Position numbers and translations under genes: made by a program
Assembly (NCBI RefSeq): GCF_009914755.1
Contig: NC_060940.1
Origin: the human T2T-CHM13v2.0 reference genome, Homo sapiens
Length of the DNA: 64,000 nt
Reading direction: 5' to 3' (one strand)
Notes under the pieces: generated by a model
Database searches by the model: none
The model's input: the letters and a program-made list of their open reading frames with translations, nothing else
Told to the model about the DNA's origin: nothing
Shown here: in pieces, positions 44,239 to 63,744 of the stretch
How positions within the stretch are numbered: position 1 is the stretch's first letter
How the letters are laid out: each line of letters starts with the position of its first letter

Positions 44239-44964
44239 GCAACATAGTGAGACCTCCTGCTCTACAAAAAATACAATAATTAGCTAGTTGTGTTGATGCA
44301 CACCTGTAGTCCCAGCTGCTCAGGAGGTTGAGGCAAGAGGATTACTTGAGCCTGGGAGGTTGAGGCTGCAGTGAGCCATGATCGTGTCACTCCACTCCAG
44401 CCTAGGCAACAAAGTGAGATCATGGCTTAAAAACAAAAATGAATAAAAAATCCTGTTGCTGGTTTTCTTTCTTTTCTTTTGATTCAGGGGAACTGGCTTT
44501 TCTTAGAGCGTTTTTTTTTTTCTGTGCTTGGTAGTGGTTCCAGGTCAGAGGCTTTTCCTTTACTGTGTCTGGGATGTTGGGGTATATGGAAGACAATAAG
44601 AAAACTCAGGCTGCTCACTGCCACGAGTGCCCAAAGTCCCAGGATCCAGAGGTAGTATGTCTTCTCCTTTTCACCTTTCAGAATCTCCTTATGCTTGTCT
44701 GCTGTGTTATGTCTGTGAGTTATCAGTTGTAAGAGAGAGGACCTGGGAAGAATGACACTACTGCATCTTGGCCAGAACCAGAAGTCCTGTAGCTTGACTT
44801 TCACTTTGCTTATGATACTGTATTTAGTTTTGACTTTTAATGAGTCAAATGCATTGACCTTTTCCTCTAAGGTTTGTGTGTGTGTGTCTGTGTGTGTGTC
44901 TGTTTAAGAAATCCTTCTCGACATTCAAGTCATAAAGATAGCTCAGACTTTTTCTCTAGTTTTT

Positions 44965-45258
44965 AATTTTTTTTAGATGGAGTCTCACTCTGTTGCCCAG
45001 GCTGGAGTGCAGTGGCACAATCTTGGCTCACTGCAGCCTCTGCCTCTCCCGGGTTCAAGCGATTCTCCTGCCTCAGCCTCCCAAGTAGCTGGGATTTACA
45101 GGCACACACCACCATGCCCAGCTAATTTTTGTATTTTTAGTAGAGACAGGGTTTCACCATGTTGGCCAAGCTGGTCTCGAACTCCTGACCTCAAGTGATC
45201 CTCCCACCTCAGCCTCCCAAAGTGTTGGGATTACAGATGTGAGCCACCACGCCTGGCC
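44965..45258 (-). mobile_element. AluS
   Basis: Full dimer; TTTTCTCTAGTTTT duplicated on both sides. Confidence 0.92.
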
Positions 45259-45337
45259 TTTTTCTCTAGTTTTAAAGTGCTTTCCCCACTCCCATATTTA
45301 GGTATTTAGTCTAATTGGAATTTATTTTTGGGTGTGA

Positions 45338-46875
45338 CAGTGATTTTCAAAGCATGATCCAAGGACCCTGGGTGACTGAGACTCTGTCAGGAGGACGATG
45401 AGGTCAAACTATTTTCCTAATGATGCCAAGATGTAATTTTTCTTTATTGTGTTGACATTCCCAATGACAGTGCCAAAGCATTGGTGGGTAACACTTTTTG
45501 CACCTTAGCACAAGAAGGCAGGGCACCCCACTCTACTCATCTTCATATTCTTCATGGCCATGTATTCACAGTTAAACAAACATGCACCAGTTTCATTTAA
45601 GAATGTTCTTGATGAAGCAGTGAGAGTTATTATTGTTACTGACTCCTGATCCCAAGTATGTCTTTGAGCTCTTCTGGATGATGGAATGGGAAATACACGA
45701 AAAGCACTTCTTCTGGATTCTGAAGCACAATGGTTGTCTCAAGGAAAAGCACTTATGCAGTGGCTGGAACTGAACTAGCTGCCTTTTGTCTTTTGTTTTT
45801 TGTTTGCGTAGAACATCATTGAAAGAAATACTGAGAAACTCTGATTTTTCAGCCTTGGGTATTTGTCAGACATTCTCTCAAAAATGAGTAAATAAGCCTG
45901 TCACTTCAAGGAAAACAACTGACAGTGTTTGTTGCTGGTGATCAAACTTGAGCTTTCAAATAAACAATTAGAATTCTGGAACACTTGTATCTGTTACCAT
46001 GGGCTTGATGGTTTCCAATAGAAGACTTTTTGATGTGATTGGTCGTAATGTTAATGAATGTGATTTTGGGGATGAAATGTGTCAAATGTGGAAGATCAGT
46101 GTAAATCAGTGGCCTAATGTTTTGTAAATGACCAATACATGATATTCCAAAATCATACTTGAGCAAAAGATCTTTCAAAGAGTAAGATAGACCAATGAAT
46201 TCTCATGTAACAGAGTATGAATTGATACAGTTTCAGATTCCACATTGCAAGTAAACCTTAAAAATGACTACTTCTTGAGTTTGGGTGTCATAGAAAATAA
46301 GAATATTCACAATAATCTGAAAAGGCTATTAAACTACTCCTGCCTTTGCTAACCACACATTTCTGTGAGGTTAGATTTTCCTTATATACTCCAACCAAAA
46401 CAATATATATTAAAACAGACCGAACATAGAAGCAGATATAAGAATCTAGCCAGACATTGAAACGATTTGCAAAAATTTAAAACAATGTCACTAAAAATTT
46501 TTTGTTTTGAAAAATAGAAGATTTTAAAATTAAATAACATGTTACCTATGTTACCATGTAATGAATTTATAGTGAATTTAAAAAATAAATTATTAAGGCC
46601 AGGTGTGGTGGCTGACACTTGTAATCCCAGCATTTTGGGAGGCTGAGGTGGGAGGATCACTTGGACCTGGGAGATTGAGAATGAAGTGAGCCATTATCAT
46701 GCCACGCCACTGCACTCGAGCTTGAGCAACAGAATGAGAGCCTGTCTCAAAAATTTTTTTCTAAAATTTCTCAGTTTCAATTTATCATATAGTTTTCATA
46801 TATATATATAATATATATATAATATATATTTAAAAAGCTCTTTGGGTCCTCCATATTTTTTTAAATGGCCAGGAA
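45338..46875. mobile_element. Charlie1-family hAT DNA transposon relic with an Alu fragment (46597-46752)
   Basis: CAGTGATTTTCAAAG terminus; GCCTGTCACTTCAAGGAAAACAACTGACAGT; CAGTTTCAGATTCCACATTGCAA. Confidence 0.78.
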
Positions 46876-46899
46876 ATGTTGATCTATGGCATGAAATAG

Positions 46900-47759
<860 letters not shown>

Positions 47760-48042
47760 TGAAGATCTGTATAAGAGAATTTCATTAGAGCATTGTGTCT
47801 AATAATAAAAAATTAGAATCAGTCTAAGAGTCCATCCATAGAGAAGTGGCTAAACTATGGTAGAACTTTAGAGCAAAATATTATGTAGCTATTTGGAAAA
47901 GAATGCAGAAGATCTAATTGTATCATCATGGAATGGTCTTCAAGATATTAAGTAGAAAGTCACCAAGTGGAAAAACAAGTCACAGAATATGTAGAGCATG
48001 TTCCCATTTCTGCTAAAAAAAAAATAATAATACAAAAACTCA

Positions 48043-48409
<367 letters not shown>

Positions 48410-48471
48410 TCAAGGGAACTCTTTTCTTTCCTTTTTAAAACCTACTTCTAGATTGTCTGCATTTTCTATAA

Positions 48472-48828
<357 letters not shown>

Positions 48829-50093
48829 GCTGTGTAATTCTAAATAATCATCAGGACCATGAACCTGACCATCTGTGAAAGACAGAGATGTTTCCTGGCA
48901 GGATAGGGTCCACTGCCATTGATATTGGCAAGGTGCCTGCTGCTCCTTAGCCTGCTGTAGGTACCAGATTGACCTTGAGTAGAACCAGCCTTGAGAGAAG
49001 AGGAAAGGAGAGCCAGGCCCTAATCATAGGGATCCCCAGGGGTGTAGATGATGTTAAGGCAACATCTTCTCTGTGTCTAAGAGAAAAAGAATCTGCCCTG
49101 AGTATGAACTGACTTGTGTGCTTTGAGGTCAGTGTCCTAAACAGGAAGCCATGAGGTGAGCAGAGACACTTCCCTGCTGCCTGGGGCTGGGAGTTGGGAA
49201 GTGAGAAAACATCCTAGTGGCCACCAGAACCATCCAGTGGGTGGCTCTGAATCCTGCATTGATTTGTTGGGAGACTTTGGAGGAGGAGCCTGGTGTGGAG
49301 GGTTGAGCCTGGTGAGTTGGAGGCAGCAGCTGGTTACTTTCCATGCAGAGCAGCTTGGAGTTGAGTCACTCGACAATCCAAGGGCACCTGTGGAAGCAGC
49401 CATGACTCATGCTACCTTCAGTTTCACATCTGGAGGAGGAAATCACTGACAAAGCAAAGCAAGGCGACTTCTGGGGGCTGCCGTGTAGGATTCTCCCATG
49501 TTTAAAAAAGAAAAAAAGATTGTACAGGATTTAAACATAGCATTTATTGCCTGTGTTCTTAGTTATAAAATTAATACATGTACATAATAATTGTTGTAGT
49601 TAGTTATTTTATTCAGCATTTATCCTATGTCAGGTACTGATGCTTCAAGCTTTACATGCGTTGTCTCACTTAGTGTTTCTGACCATTCAGTGGGGGAGAT
49701 CTGTTATTATACCCATTTTACAGATATGGAAACTGAGTCTATACACACACACACGCGCGTAAAACACATAGAAAAAAATCACCCACAATTCTACCCGCCA
49801 AAGTCAACCAACATCCTGATGCGTGTTTTTCTAGTAACCTTTTAATATTTTTCCTGTGTAGCTAATATCCAACTATTTTACTTTCCCATATCCTGCCTTT
49901 TTCACTCAGCTCTAAATTATGATCCTAGTCCCAAATCATCACATATTCTTCAATAACTTAACTAGTCCATATGGCCAAACATTGTATGTTTCCAATTTTT
50001 CCACTGTTATAAAGGTTGCTGTTGTGAGTTATCTTAGTGGGCTAAACTCCGATTATTCCTCTAGGAAGAACATGGAATGATACATTCTTCTAA

Positions 50094-50573
<480 letters not shown>

Positions 50574-50649
50574 TAAAACAAGGCTAAAGTAATATTTACT
50601 ACCTCAAGGGTTGCTGTGAGGATTAACGATGTAATTACTGTAGGTAGAG

Positions 50650-51541
<892 letters not shown>

Positions 51542-52754
51542 TAGCATTCATCATTTTAAAGTGTACCCTTCAGTGGCTTTATGTACATTCACAGTCTTGT
51601 GCAACCATCACCTCTAGATGCCAAACATTTTCATCATCCCACAAGGAAACCACTTACCCATTGACCCCTTATCCACAGTAGTCACTGTACTTCAAGGTTT
51701 CCCATATCCCATATCCAGCGTGGCTGGATCCAAGGGATCAAATGCCATCAGTAGGACTCAGTTTTTCTGCATCTACTTGTGTTGGCTTCACTCTCAGGCA
51801 GATGCTTTCCATATGGCAATCCCAGTGGCTCTAAGCTTACATTAGCCATCAGGTAGCAATCCCAACAGAGAGAGATCGTTTCATTAGAAGTTTCAATGGA
51901 AGTCATGGGACTGAGTATTATTGCCTCAACTTGGATAATTTGCCCATGGCTGAACTGATTACCATGGTGGGGGAGAGGGGAAGAGGTGGCGGTAGAATAT
52001 TCTGATTGGCCAGGTTCTGGGTCGTATGTTCATTCCTCCAAATTGCATTCAGAAAATGGGTGCTGGATGGGGCAAAAAATCAGGTGTCATTCAAAGTTCA
52101 CTAGGCTTAGGGAGCTGGGCTCAGAGGCCAGAGGCCTGATCTTGATCTTGTCATCACTTAGCAAATCTCCTGGCCATTCAGGCCTTCACACTTCCTGTCT
52201 GTAAATGGGTTTATCACCACTCATTCAAGTCCTAATTATTACCAGCGCTGAGAAACCAATACTTTCTTTTTCCATCTCGCTTGTGTAATTTCTTCGGAGA
52301 AGCATTTGGATGGTCTGAACCATTTTTACCCTGAGAAATGGGACTTAGGAAATTATGCAGCCACATTTTATATCCATTCTGGTCATTTCAGTAATTGGTT
52401 CTGAGACACTATTTCCCCGAGCACCATCCCAAGTATAAACTACTATTTCCATCTGTGTTACTGGAGGAAACTGGGGAAAGACATTTGTGGGTTTTTTCCC
52501 CCCCAGGCCAAAAAAAAAAAGCAAACAAACAACAACAAGAAAAACTAAAGTAGAGCCCAAAACCAATTTGTTGGTTCCCAGCTTGGCTTAGGCACCATTC
52601 TAAGCATATTCCACTAGTCCCTCCATCTCCAAACTAGTCATTCTTGGGAGCTGACCTACTTAGTGCACAGCAAAGGAAATAAACAGAAATCCAGCAAGTC
52701 CATCATTTGAGAGGCCCATGCTGATGACTCAGAGAATATATAAAATGGCAGGTT

Positions 52755-53013
52755 GGCCAGGTGTAGTGGCTCATGCCTGTAATCCTAGCACTTTGGGAGA
52801 CTGAGGTGGGTGGATCACCTGAGGTCAGGAGTTCAAGACCAGGCTGGCCAACATGGTGAAACCTTGTCTCTACTAAAAATACAAAAATTAGCCAGGTGTG
52901 GTGGCACAATCGCTGGAACTTGGGAGGCAGAGACTGCAGTGAGCCGAGATCGTGCCACTATACTCCAGCCTGGGCAACAGAGCAAGACTCCATCTCAAAA
53001 AAAAAAAAAAAAA
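52755..53013 (+). mobile_element. AluS with internal deletion
   Basis: Right arm lacks about 40 nt. Confidence 0.9.
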
Positions 53014-53549
53014 GCCAGGTTGTTTTGCTCTTAATCGGGTTACGTTTGAGGATTCTTTTGGTTCTAGGTGACCAAAACCCACTGGGTTCAGCCAAAAGTG
53101 GATATTGTTGAAGGATTCTAGGGTGTCTCACAGAACACAGGGCCATGGTTCCACTGGAATTCAGGAAGGGGATAGAGTCCATTGTGAATCAAGGAGGTCC
53201 CTCCCACCACCTCTACCTCTTGACTGTTTTTCTCCATGTCTCCTCTATTCTTCTATCTCATGGGAGAGTGACAGAAGTCAGGTTGAGACTGGAATCTTAA
53301 TCTCAGCACCAAAAGCTCAGGGAAGGAGCCTATTGGTCCAGCTTGGGCCAGATGTTGACACCTGATCCAATCAAATATGGAGAGGGGATGTGAGTTCCAT
53401 TGTATCAACATGATCGTGTTAGTGGTCCAGAAATACTTCTGAGGGAAAAAAAGGTGTATGTTACACAGTGATATCAATTAAATTCTAAACTATAGTGAAA
53501 TATTATTGTCATTTCCACCTCTTTTAAATAAATCTGAGATGGTCTAACC

Positions 53550-53795
53550 CCTAGCATAGTTCAGTTTCTGGGTCTAGATTACTGGGGTTTGAATCCTGGC
53601 CCCAATATTTGCTGTGTGATCTTAGGCAAATTACTTAACCTGTCTCTGTGCCTTCGTTTTGTCATCTACAAAATGGGTATAATAATATTACTTACCTGAC
53701 AGCATGGTTGGAGCCATTAAATGTGTTAATGTAAGTAAAATGCTCAGAACTCTGCCTGGCAAATAGTAAAGATTTAACAAATAGCTATTATTATT
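53550..53795 (+). mobile_element. MIR
   Basis: GTTTGAATCCTGGC-like start, GTGATCTTAGGCAAATTACTTAACC...CATCTACAAAATGGG. Confidence 0.82.
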
Positions 53796-54202
53796 ACTGT
53801 AAAGTTCATTTCATTATGACAGATTGTTTTTCAGATTATTCAAAATATAGAAGATGTTTAAAAGGGAATTTCTATGATAATGGGAAAATAGGGCTGAATA
53901 ACCATTACTAAGATTGAATATATCATTGCTATTGCCCTTGAATTCTATAATTTGAATTCATATTATTTGAATTCTAGACGGTACTTTTGATTTATAACCT
54001 TAAAAGCTTTAGTAAGGGTTTCTTCTAAACAGCCTTATATAAAATAATAGCAATTCTTGCCATCTTACCTAGCAGGAAAAACCAATTGTTTTATCAAGTT
54101 TGCCAGCATAAGATTGAAATTTAAAGCCTTTAATATCTTAGTTTATAAAAGACAAGTTACAGAATGTCTCTTTCCTGGATGTCTTAGAATTACAGTATCT
54201 TT

Positions 54203-55196
54203 TAGGGCAGGAGTCTGTGAACCTTTGCTTAAAGGACTCATGGTAAATATTTTTGTCTTTGAGGGCCATATTGTTAAAGGAAAGGGGTCCCGATCCAGAC
54301 CCCAAGAGAGGATTCTTAGATATTGTGCAAGAAAGAACTCAAGGCGAATCCATAGAGTAAAATGAAAGCAAGTTTATTTATTAAGTTTCTTAAGTTATTA
54401 AGAAAGTAAAGAAATAAAAGAATGGCTACTCCACAGCCAGAACAGCAGCTTGGACTGCTCAACTCATAATGCTTAACAGTTTTTTCTAAATTATATGCTA
54501 AACAAGGGGCGAATTATTCATGAGTTTTCTGGGAAAGAGGTGGGCAATTCCCACAGCTGAGGGTTCCTCCACTTTTAAGACTATATAAGGTAACTGACAT
54601 TGCCATGGCATTTGTAAACAGTCCTGGCGCTGGTGGGCGGGTCTTTTAGCATGGTAATGCATTATAATTAGTGTGGAATGAGTAGTGAGGATGACCAGAG
54701 ATCATGTGCGTTGCCCTCTTGGTTTTGGTGGCTTTTGGCCAGCTTCTTTACCGCAACCTGTTTTATCGGTCAGGTCTTTGTGACCTGTATCTTGTGCCGT
54801 CCTCCTAGCTCATCCTGTGACTTAGAATGCCTAACCTCCTGGGAATGCAGCCCAATAGGTCTCCGCCTCATTTTACCCAGCCCCTATTCAAGATGGTGTT
54901 GTTCTGGTTCAAACGCTTCTGACAGTATGGTCTCTGTCCCAGCTACTCAGCCCTGCTGTAACACAAAAGCAGTCATCAACAGTACCTAAACAAATGGGCA
55001 TGGATGTGTTCTAATAAAGCTTTATTTATAGATGCTGAAATCTGAATTTTTTGCAGTTTTCATTTGATTCCACGCTGACCCCTTGCCCCCCGTCCAAATA
55101 TTCACAAATGTAAAAGCCATTCTTGTCTCACAGGCTGCACAAAAAGAAGTGATGGGCTGGAGATGGCCTTGGGGCCATATTTTTCATACCCTGCTT
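54203..55196 (+). mobile_element. MER58-like DNA transposon hosting the MER41 LTR
   Basis: GGTAAATATTTT...GGGCCATA then ATGGTCTCTGTCCCAGCTACTCAGC...GTGTTCTAATAAAGCTTTATTTAT. Confidence 0.75.
54272..54924 (-). mobile_element. MER41-family (MER41B-like) ERV1 solo LTR, uninterrupted
   Basis: TGTTAAAGGAAAGGGGTCCCGATCCAGACCCCAAGAGAG...GGTTCAAACGCTTCTGACA, about 650 bp. Confidence 0.88.
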
Positions 55197-55346
55197 TAGG
55201 AGACAGTGCATTAGCATTCTGACAGCAGGCAGGGGAGGTACAAGATGACTGTCTACTGCCTCTTGGGTTCTAACACCCCAGATGCATGTTGACCCCCTGC
55301 TGCTTCTCATCATGCGTTTCTCTTAAAAGATACATAGTATTTGTGG

Positions 55347-55626
55347 GGCTGGGCGCGGTGGCCCACATCTGTAATCCCAGCACTTTGGGAGGCCGAGGCG
55401 GGTGGATCACGAGGTCAGGAGAGCAAGACCGTCCTGGCTAACACAGTGAAACCCCATCTCTACTAAAAAAAAAAAAAAAATACAAAAATTAGCTGGGCGT
55501 GGTGGTGGGTGTCTGTGGTCCCAGGTACCCCGGAGGCTGAGGCAGGAGAATGGCGTGAACCGAGATCGCGCCACTGCACTCCAGCCTGGGCAACAGAGCG
55601 AGACTCCGTCTCAAAAAAAAAAAAAA
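55347..55626 (+). mobile_element. AluY-like with short deletion
   Basis: AluY diagnostics; TSD AAAGATAYATAGTATTTGTG. Confidence 0.9.
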
Positions 55627-56584
55627 CAAAGATATATAGTATTTGTGTGACTTTCTTGGTTTTGTGCAACAGAAAACTCAACCCAAACTGCATATGCAAA
55701 AAAAAAAAAAAAAAAAAAGGAATGTACTAACCGGGGTTTCTACACTCTAGGGGTGGTTGAGGCAGGAGTCCAAAGTCTATCTGTTTATCCCTCAGCTTTT
55801 ATCCCCTCCATGAGGGCTTTGTTCTTAGGATTCAGGGTTTCTTTTCCCCCAGGGGGGTTCACAGCAAAGTTCTGGGTCTGACTACTTCTGGTGTGTATCT
55901 GATCCTATATCTATCTGAATCTGAACGGGAAGGGAACACAGTGAGCACCTTAGGCCACACCTGGGTAGGGTAAGCCCCATTAAATTTGCAAGTCCTGGGA
56001 GCGGTGGTGCCAGTTGGTTCCCCAAAGGAAACAGGTCCTATTACCTAAGAAAGGTGAATGGATACTGGGAGGCAAATCAACAAATGTCCATTGCACATGA
56101 GGACATCACACTGTGACATTTAGAATCTAAATGCTCTGAACAAAATGTATAGGGGACCTTCCAGGAACGGGAAATTGCTGTTCCTACCCCCTCTTTTTGG
56201 AGAAATTGCTGTTCCTCCCATTGGCAAAATTCCCCTCGCAGGTTCCAGCTTCTTTCTCTTAGAACAGACCTTCTGGTTTGGCAAGCCCAGTCCCACATCG
56301 AGGTTTAGTTCTGGACTTCTGTGCAGGGTCATGGCACTCGCTTGATTGAAATTTTGTTTGGGGAAGCAATGACCTGAAGAGCTTACAGCCTGGGTCAACC
56401 ACTCACCACTCTCAGGAAAAGCAGACAGAGCCAAACTTTCTAGCTGGGCTCAAAATAGCTATTTTCTGACGTGGGTCCTCCATGACTCATGGTGGAGTTT
56501 TCCAGGCTCGAGGGGACTGTTGACATTTACTCTGCTCCTCCCACGCCACAGAGTCTAACTTTTTCTATCTTCCCCCAAACATAA

Positions 56585-57943
<1,359 letters not shown>

Positions 57944-58289
57944 CCAGTAGTGCATTTACTGATAGCACTTACTGCAGCTATTTTCTTTTATTGCATTTAC
58001 TGCATTCCTGCTATGTCCCAGGCTTTGCACACATTAGTAGGCGTTCGATCCTTTAACAATTCTTTGAGGCAGTAGCAGGTCTTCCTATTTCTATACTTGC
58101 TCCCTTAGTAGATCACACTCTCATGGGAAACACAGTGACTTTTTTTTTTCTTTCTTTCTTTTTTTCAGACAGAGTTTCCCTCTTGTTGCCCAGTCTGGAG
58201 TGCAATGGTGAGATCTTGGCTCACTGCCTCAGCCTCCCAAGTAGCTGGGATTACCTGCCACCACGCCCAGCCTGATTGTATTTTTTAAA

Positions 58290-58822
58290 ATTAAAATTGA
58301 AATACCATCAATAGGTTGACCACTAGGACTAAAATCCAAACTTTTCAGTGTGGCCTATAGGCCGGGCATCATGGGGCCACTTCCTGTCTCTCCATCTTGG
58401 AACACCCCTTCCCTTCCTCATTTTGCTCCACCCACATCTGCCTTTTCTCTTTCTTTTAGAGACAGGATCTCACTGTGTTGTCACCTCTCACAGCTTCTGC
58501 ACTCGTGGATCCTCTATCTGAAGCATTCTTCCCCCTCCGTCTTCCCAGGCCAGCTTCTGCTGGTCATTCAGTGGCAGCTCAAATGCCACTTTCTCATAGA
58601 GGTCTTCTGTGACCCCGCTATCTGGAGGAGTCCCCGGGATCAATCACTGTCTACCCCCGTAATGGCATTTTACTCTCTTCCTAGCCCTGTCCACCTAAAT
58701 GATGTTGTTTGTTTATCTTTTGGCTTGCTGTCTGTCTTCATCAGGAGGATGGATGTTTCATTTCTGCATGCCTAGCTCCTAGAATATTGCCTGGTGTGTG
58801 GCGGGCATGTTGAATAAACAAA
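58290..58822 (+). mobile_element. L2 3' portion
   Basis: AAAATCCAAACTT...TGGCCTA...CAGCTCAAATGCCAC...GCCTGGTGTGTGGCGGGCATGTTGAATAAA. Confidence 0.7.
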
Positions 58823-59224
58823 GAGCCCCCAAATGACATAGGAGGCCATGCCATGTGCCCCAGTCCCTGCAGAGGAGCGACCATCCACCAGCAGACCCTG
58901 TGTCTTTGAAAGGAATTCCAGAGAGAGTAAAAATCAGTGCCTATGAAAAGTATCCCAACTGGCTGCACCATTGCCTAGCTTTTGTGCTCAGTGTTTTTGG
59001 TTTTGTTTTTTTGACATCATTGGCTTTTAAAGCCAGGTCAACCTTTGGACTTGAACCCTCAGGTTTTGCATCTCCCGCTGCACTGCTGGGCAGTCGACCC
59101 TTCCCAAACCACCAGTTCTAGCTGAGACACACACGAGGTTCTGGATTTTTGCTCCACCAGCAGGTGATCCTCTTCATCTTCCATTGCAGGCATCTTTTTC
59201 TTTAATTATAAAAATAACACCATA

Positions 59225-60245
<1,021 letters not shown>

Positions 60246-61299
60246 TTTTAATCTTTTTTTAAATCCCCTAAGGATTTCCAGTACTGATGCTTTGCCTTTG
60301 TGCTTGAGATCCCTGTTTAGAGCCACATCTCCCTTCTGGTGTGGATTTTCAGTCCGACATGAATGCTTCCAGATTTGCTTCCTTCCTTCTTCTGCCATGA
60401 TCTGACTCTCCCTCTGACTTCACATTGAACTGGAGCCGTTCACGCCTGCACACATCCTGTTTTTCCCCTGGCTGCTCTTCCCTGCGTCCCCCCTCCGCAG
60501 ACCACCCTCATTCAGATGAGGATATATCCCACCCTATTTCTTGGGCTTACCTTTCTGAATGAAAATAATGTTCCTGGTGCAATTTATCTCTCCTGTCAAA
60601 TTTCCAGCCTGCAGGGAATTAAATGAGGCACATGATTTTCAGGCTAAGCAGTTTTTAAAAACTGAAATATTACTTTAGACAGGCCCAATTTATTTTCCTC
60701 TGGATTCTCATCATTTTAACCCCGCCAAGCACATGGTTTTAAGCAGCTCCATCTGCTCCTCTAACCATCCTTGCGTGACCTGGGCCCTTGACTGACTTCT
60801 GAATTGGTTTGTAAACTGGAAGAATTAGGGAGTCGGTTAAGATGCATGAATCATAGCTCAGGATAGATTTATAATTGTCTGTTTTCATGAACTCATTCTG
60901 AGATTGCAGGGATGGGGGATATTTCAGAACAAATGGACCTTGAGTAACAGAATGAACCTACAGAAGTGCCGAAAAAGATTTGTTGTTTATGCAATTTTAA
61001 CCGGGCAATTGTTGTTATTATAGGTTTATCAATTTCCACAATTTTAATTCCACAGCCCTAATGATTTGCTTTGAATTAGGAAGTATATACTTTATTCTCT
61101 CATATGGTCCCAAAGGGCCTTAGAAAGCAATCGGAGCCCTTCTGCTTGTCATTGGAAGAAATATGACAGCATGGTTTGGTGATTCATTGAAGGTCACTTT
61201 GAAGTGTTGGGGAGAGGACACTGAGTAATGTAAAATGACATTACAATTTGTTAAATAATTTGCCGGAACTCTTGTGTCATCTCTTTCAAAGTCTCACCC

Positions 61300-61640
61300 T
61301 GGAAATAACACACACGTAATTCAAATGCAATCTTTCTGGAAGTCCCACCTGGGAACTGCAGTCCCAATCTGTGGCAAAGTCTTGTGAATATCCTTAATGT
61401 GATAAAACTTTGCCTTAGACGGAGTTTGCTTTTTGGAATAACCAAAGTCATTCTGGGCCAAGGTGTTTGAATAAAGTGGTTGATCAAATGAAATTTAATG
61501 TAAAGTTATTTTAACTGCTTTTCTTGAGTAACGCATAAACTGATTTGAAAGCAACAAAGAATTTGTTTATTACTACCTCTCCTTATTCCAGAAAGGACTT
61601 AATGATCTTATTGGAGCCTTAAAAAAGTTTTAAAAGGCTC
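61300..61640. mobile_element. Possible MARNA (mariner-derived) relic
   Basis: TTTTGGAATAACCAAAGTCATTCTGGGCCAAGGTGTTTGAATAAAGTGGTTGATCAA resembles my recollection of the consensus. Confidence 0.5.
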
Positions 61641-61655
61641 AAGAAATGTTGGTAA

Positions 61656-62460
<805 letters not shown>

Positions 62461-62739
62461 TACTTTTATTATCTTAATATCACTCTTCTCATTTCTCTTC
62501 TCTAAGCCTAATATTAGTATTTGTGGACATTGCAGGTGGGACACAAGACCTTTGGTGCTTCTCATCTTCCAAGAGGGCACAGAATGGGATGGTGTATGAG
62601 GTGGGATATTCCCAGCCAAGGGAGTTCTGGGAGGGAGGTGAAGTTGGGGCAAAGAATTCCCATGGGCTAATGTCCTCTGTGCTTCCCCAACCCTAGTTCC
62701 AGCTGATGTGGAATTCTGAGTTTGGCTGCTTTTTCTTTT

Positions 62740-63095
62740 GTTGATGGTGGTGATGGTGGTGGTGGCAATGATGATGATAGTGATGTTGATGGTGGTGGTG
62801 GTGGTGATAGTGGTGATGGTGATGATGAAAGGGGTGGTAATGATGGTGGTGATGGTGATGATGACAGTGATCGTGATGATGGTGATGGTGATGGTGGGGA
62901 TAGTAATGATGGTGATAATGGTGATAGTGATAATGGTGACGATGACAGTGATGTGCTAGTGATGGTGATAATGACAGTGATGGTGGTGATAGTGATAGTG
63001 GTGATGGTGATGGTAAAGATAATGGTGATAGTGGTGATGATTATGATAGTGATAGTGATTATGGTGAGGATAGAGACAGTGATTGTGATAACTGA
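62740..63095. repeat. Degenerate (GAT/GGT)n trinucleotide repeat
   Basis: About 350 bp of in-phase GAT/GGT/AGT/AAT triplets. Confidence 0.95.
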
Positions 63096-63309
63096 CATTC
63101 ACCAAGTCCTCACTGTCCTTATGATGTACCAGGCACCACATTAAGAGCCTTATATACGATCTGTCATTCAATCCTCACTGCATCCAAGGGTACCCTCTAT
63201 TATTATCCCCAGTTAACAGGTAATGAAGACTGAGGATTGGGAAAGTTACATAACTCACTTACCAGCCACACAACTAGCTATTATGAAATGAACAAATATT
63301 ACAAGCTAA

Positions 63310-63632
<323 letters not shown>

Positions 63633-63744
63633 CACAAGGGAAATTTTTTAAAGTGGAAACTCAGAGAATTTAAATAACTTGTCCAGGGGCACAAAGCCAG
63701 GCAGGGGCAGAGCCAGGCAGGGGCAGAGCCAGCCTTTCACCATT

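Noticed and set aside
62667-63171. His-rich, Ser/Pro-rich and Asp/Gly-rich ORFs as proteins
   Set aside because: By-products of a trinucleotide repeat; no splice or promoter support.
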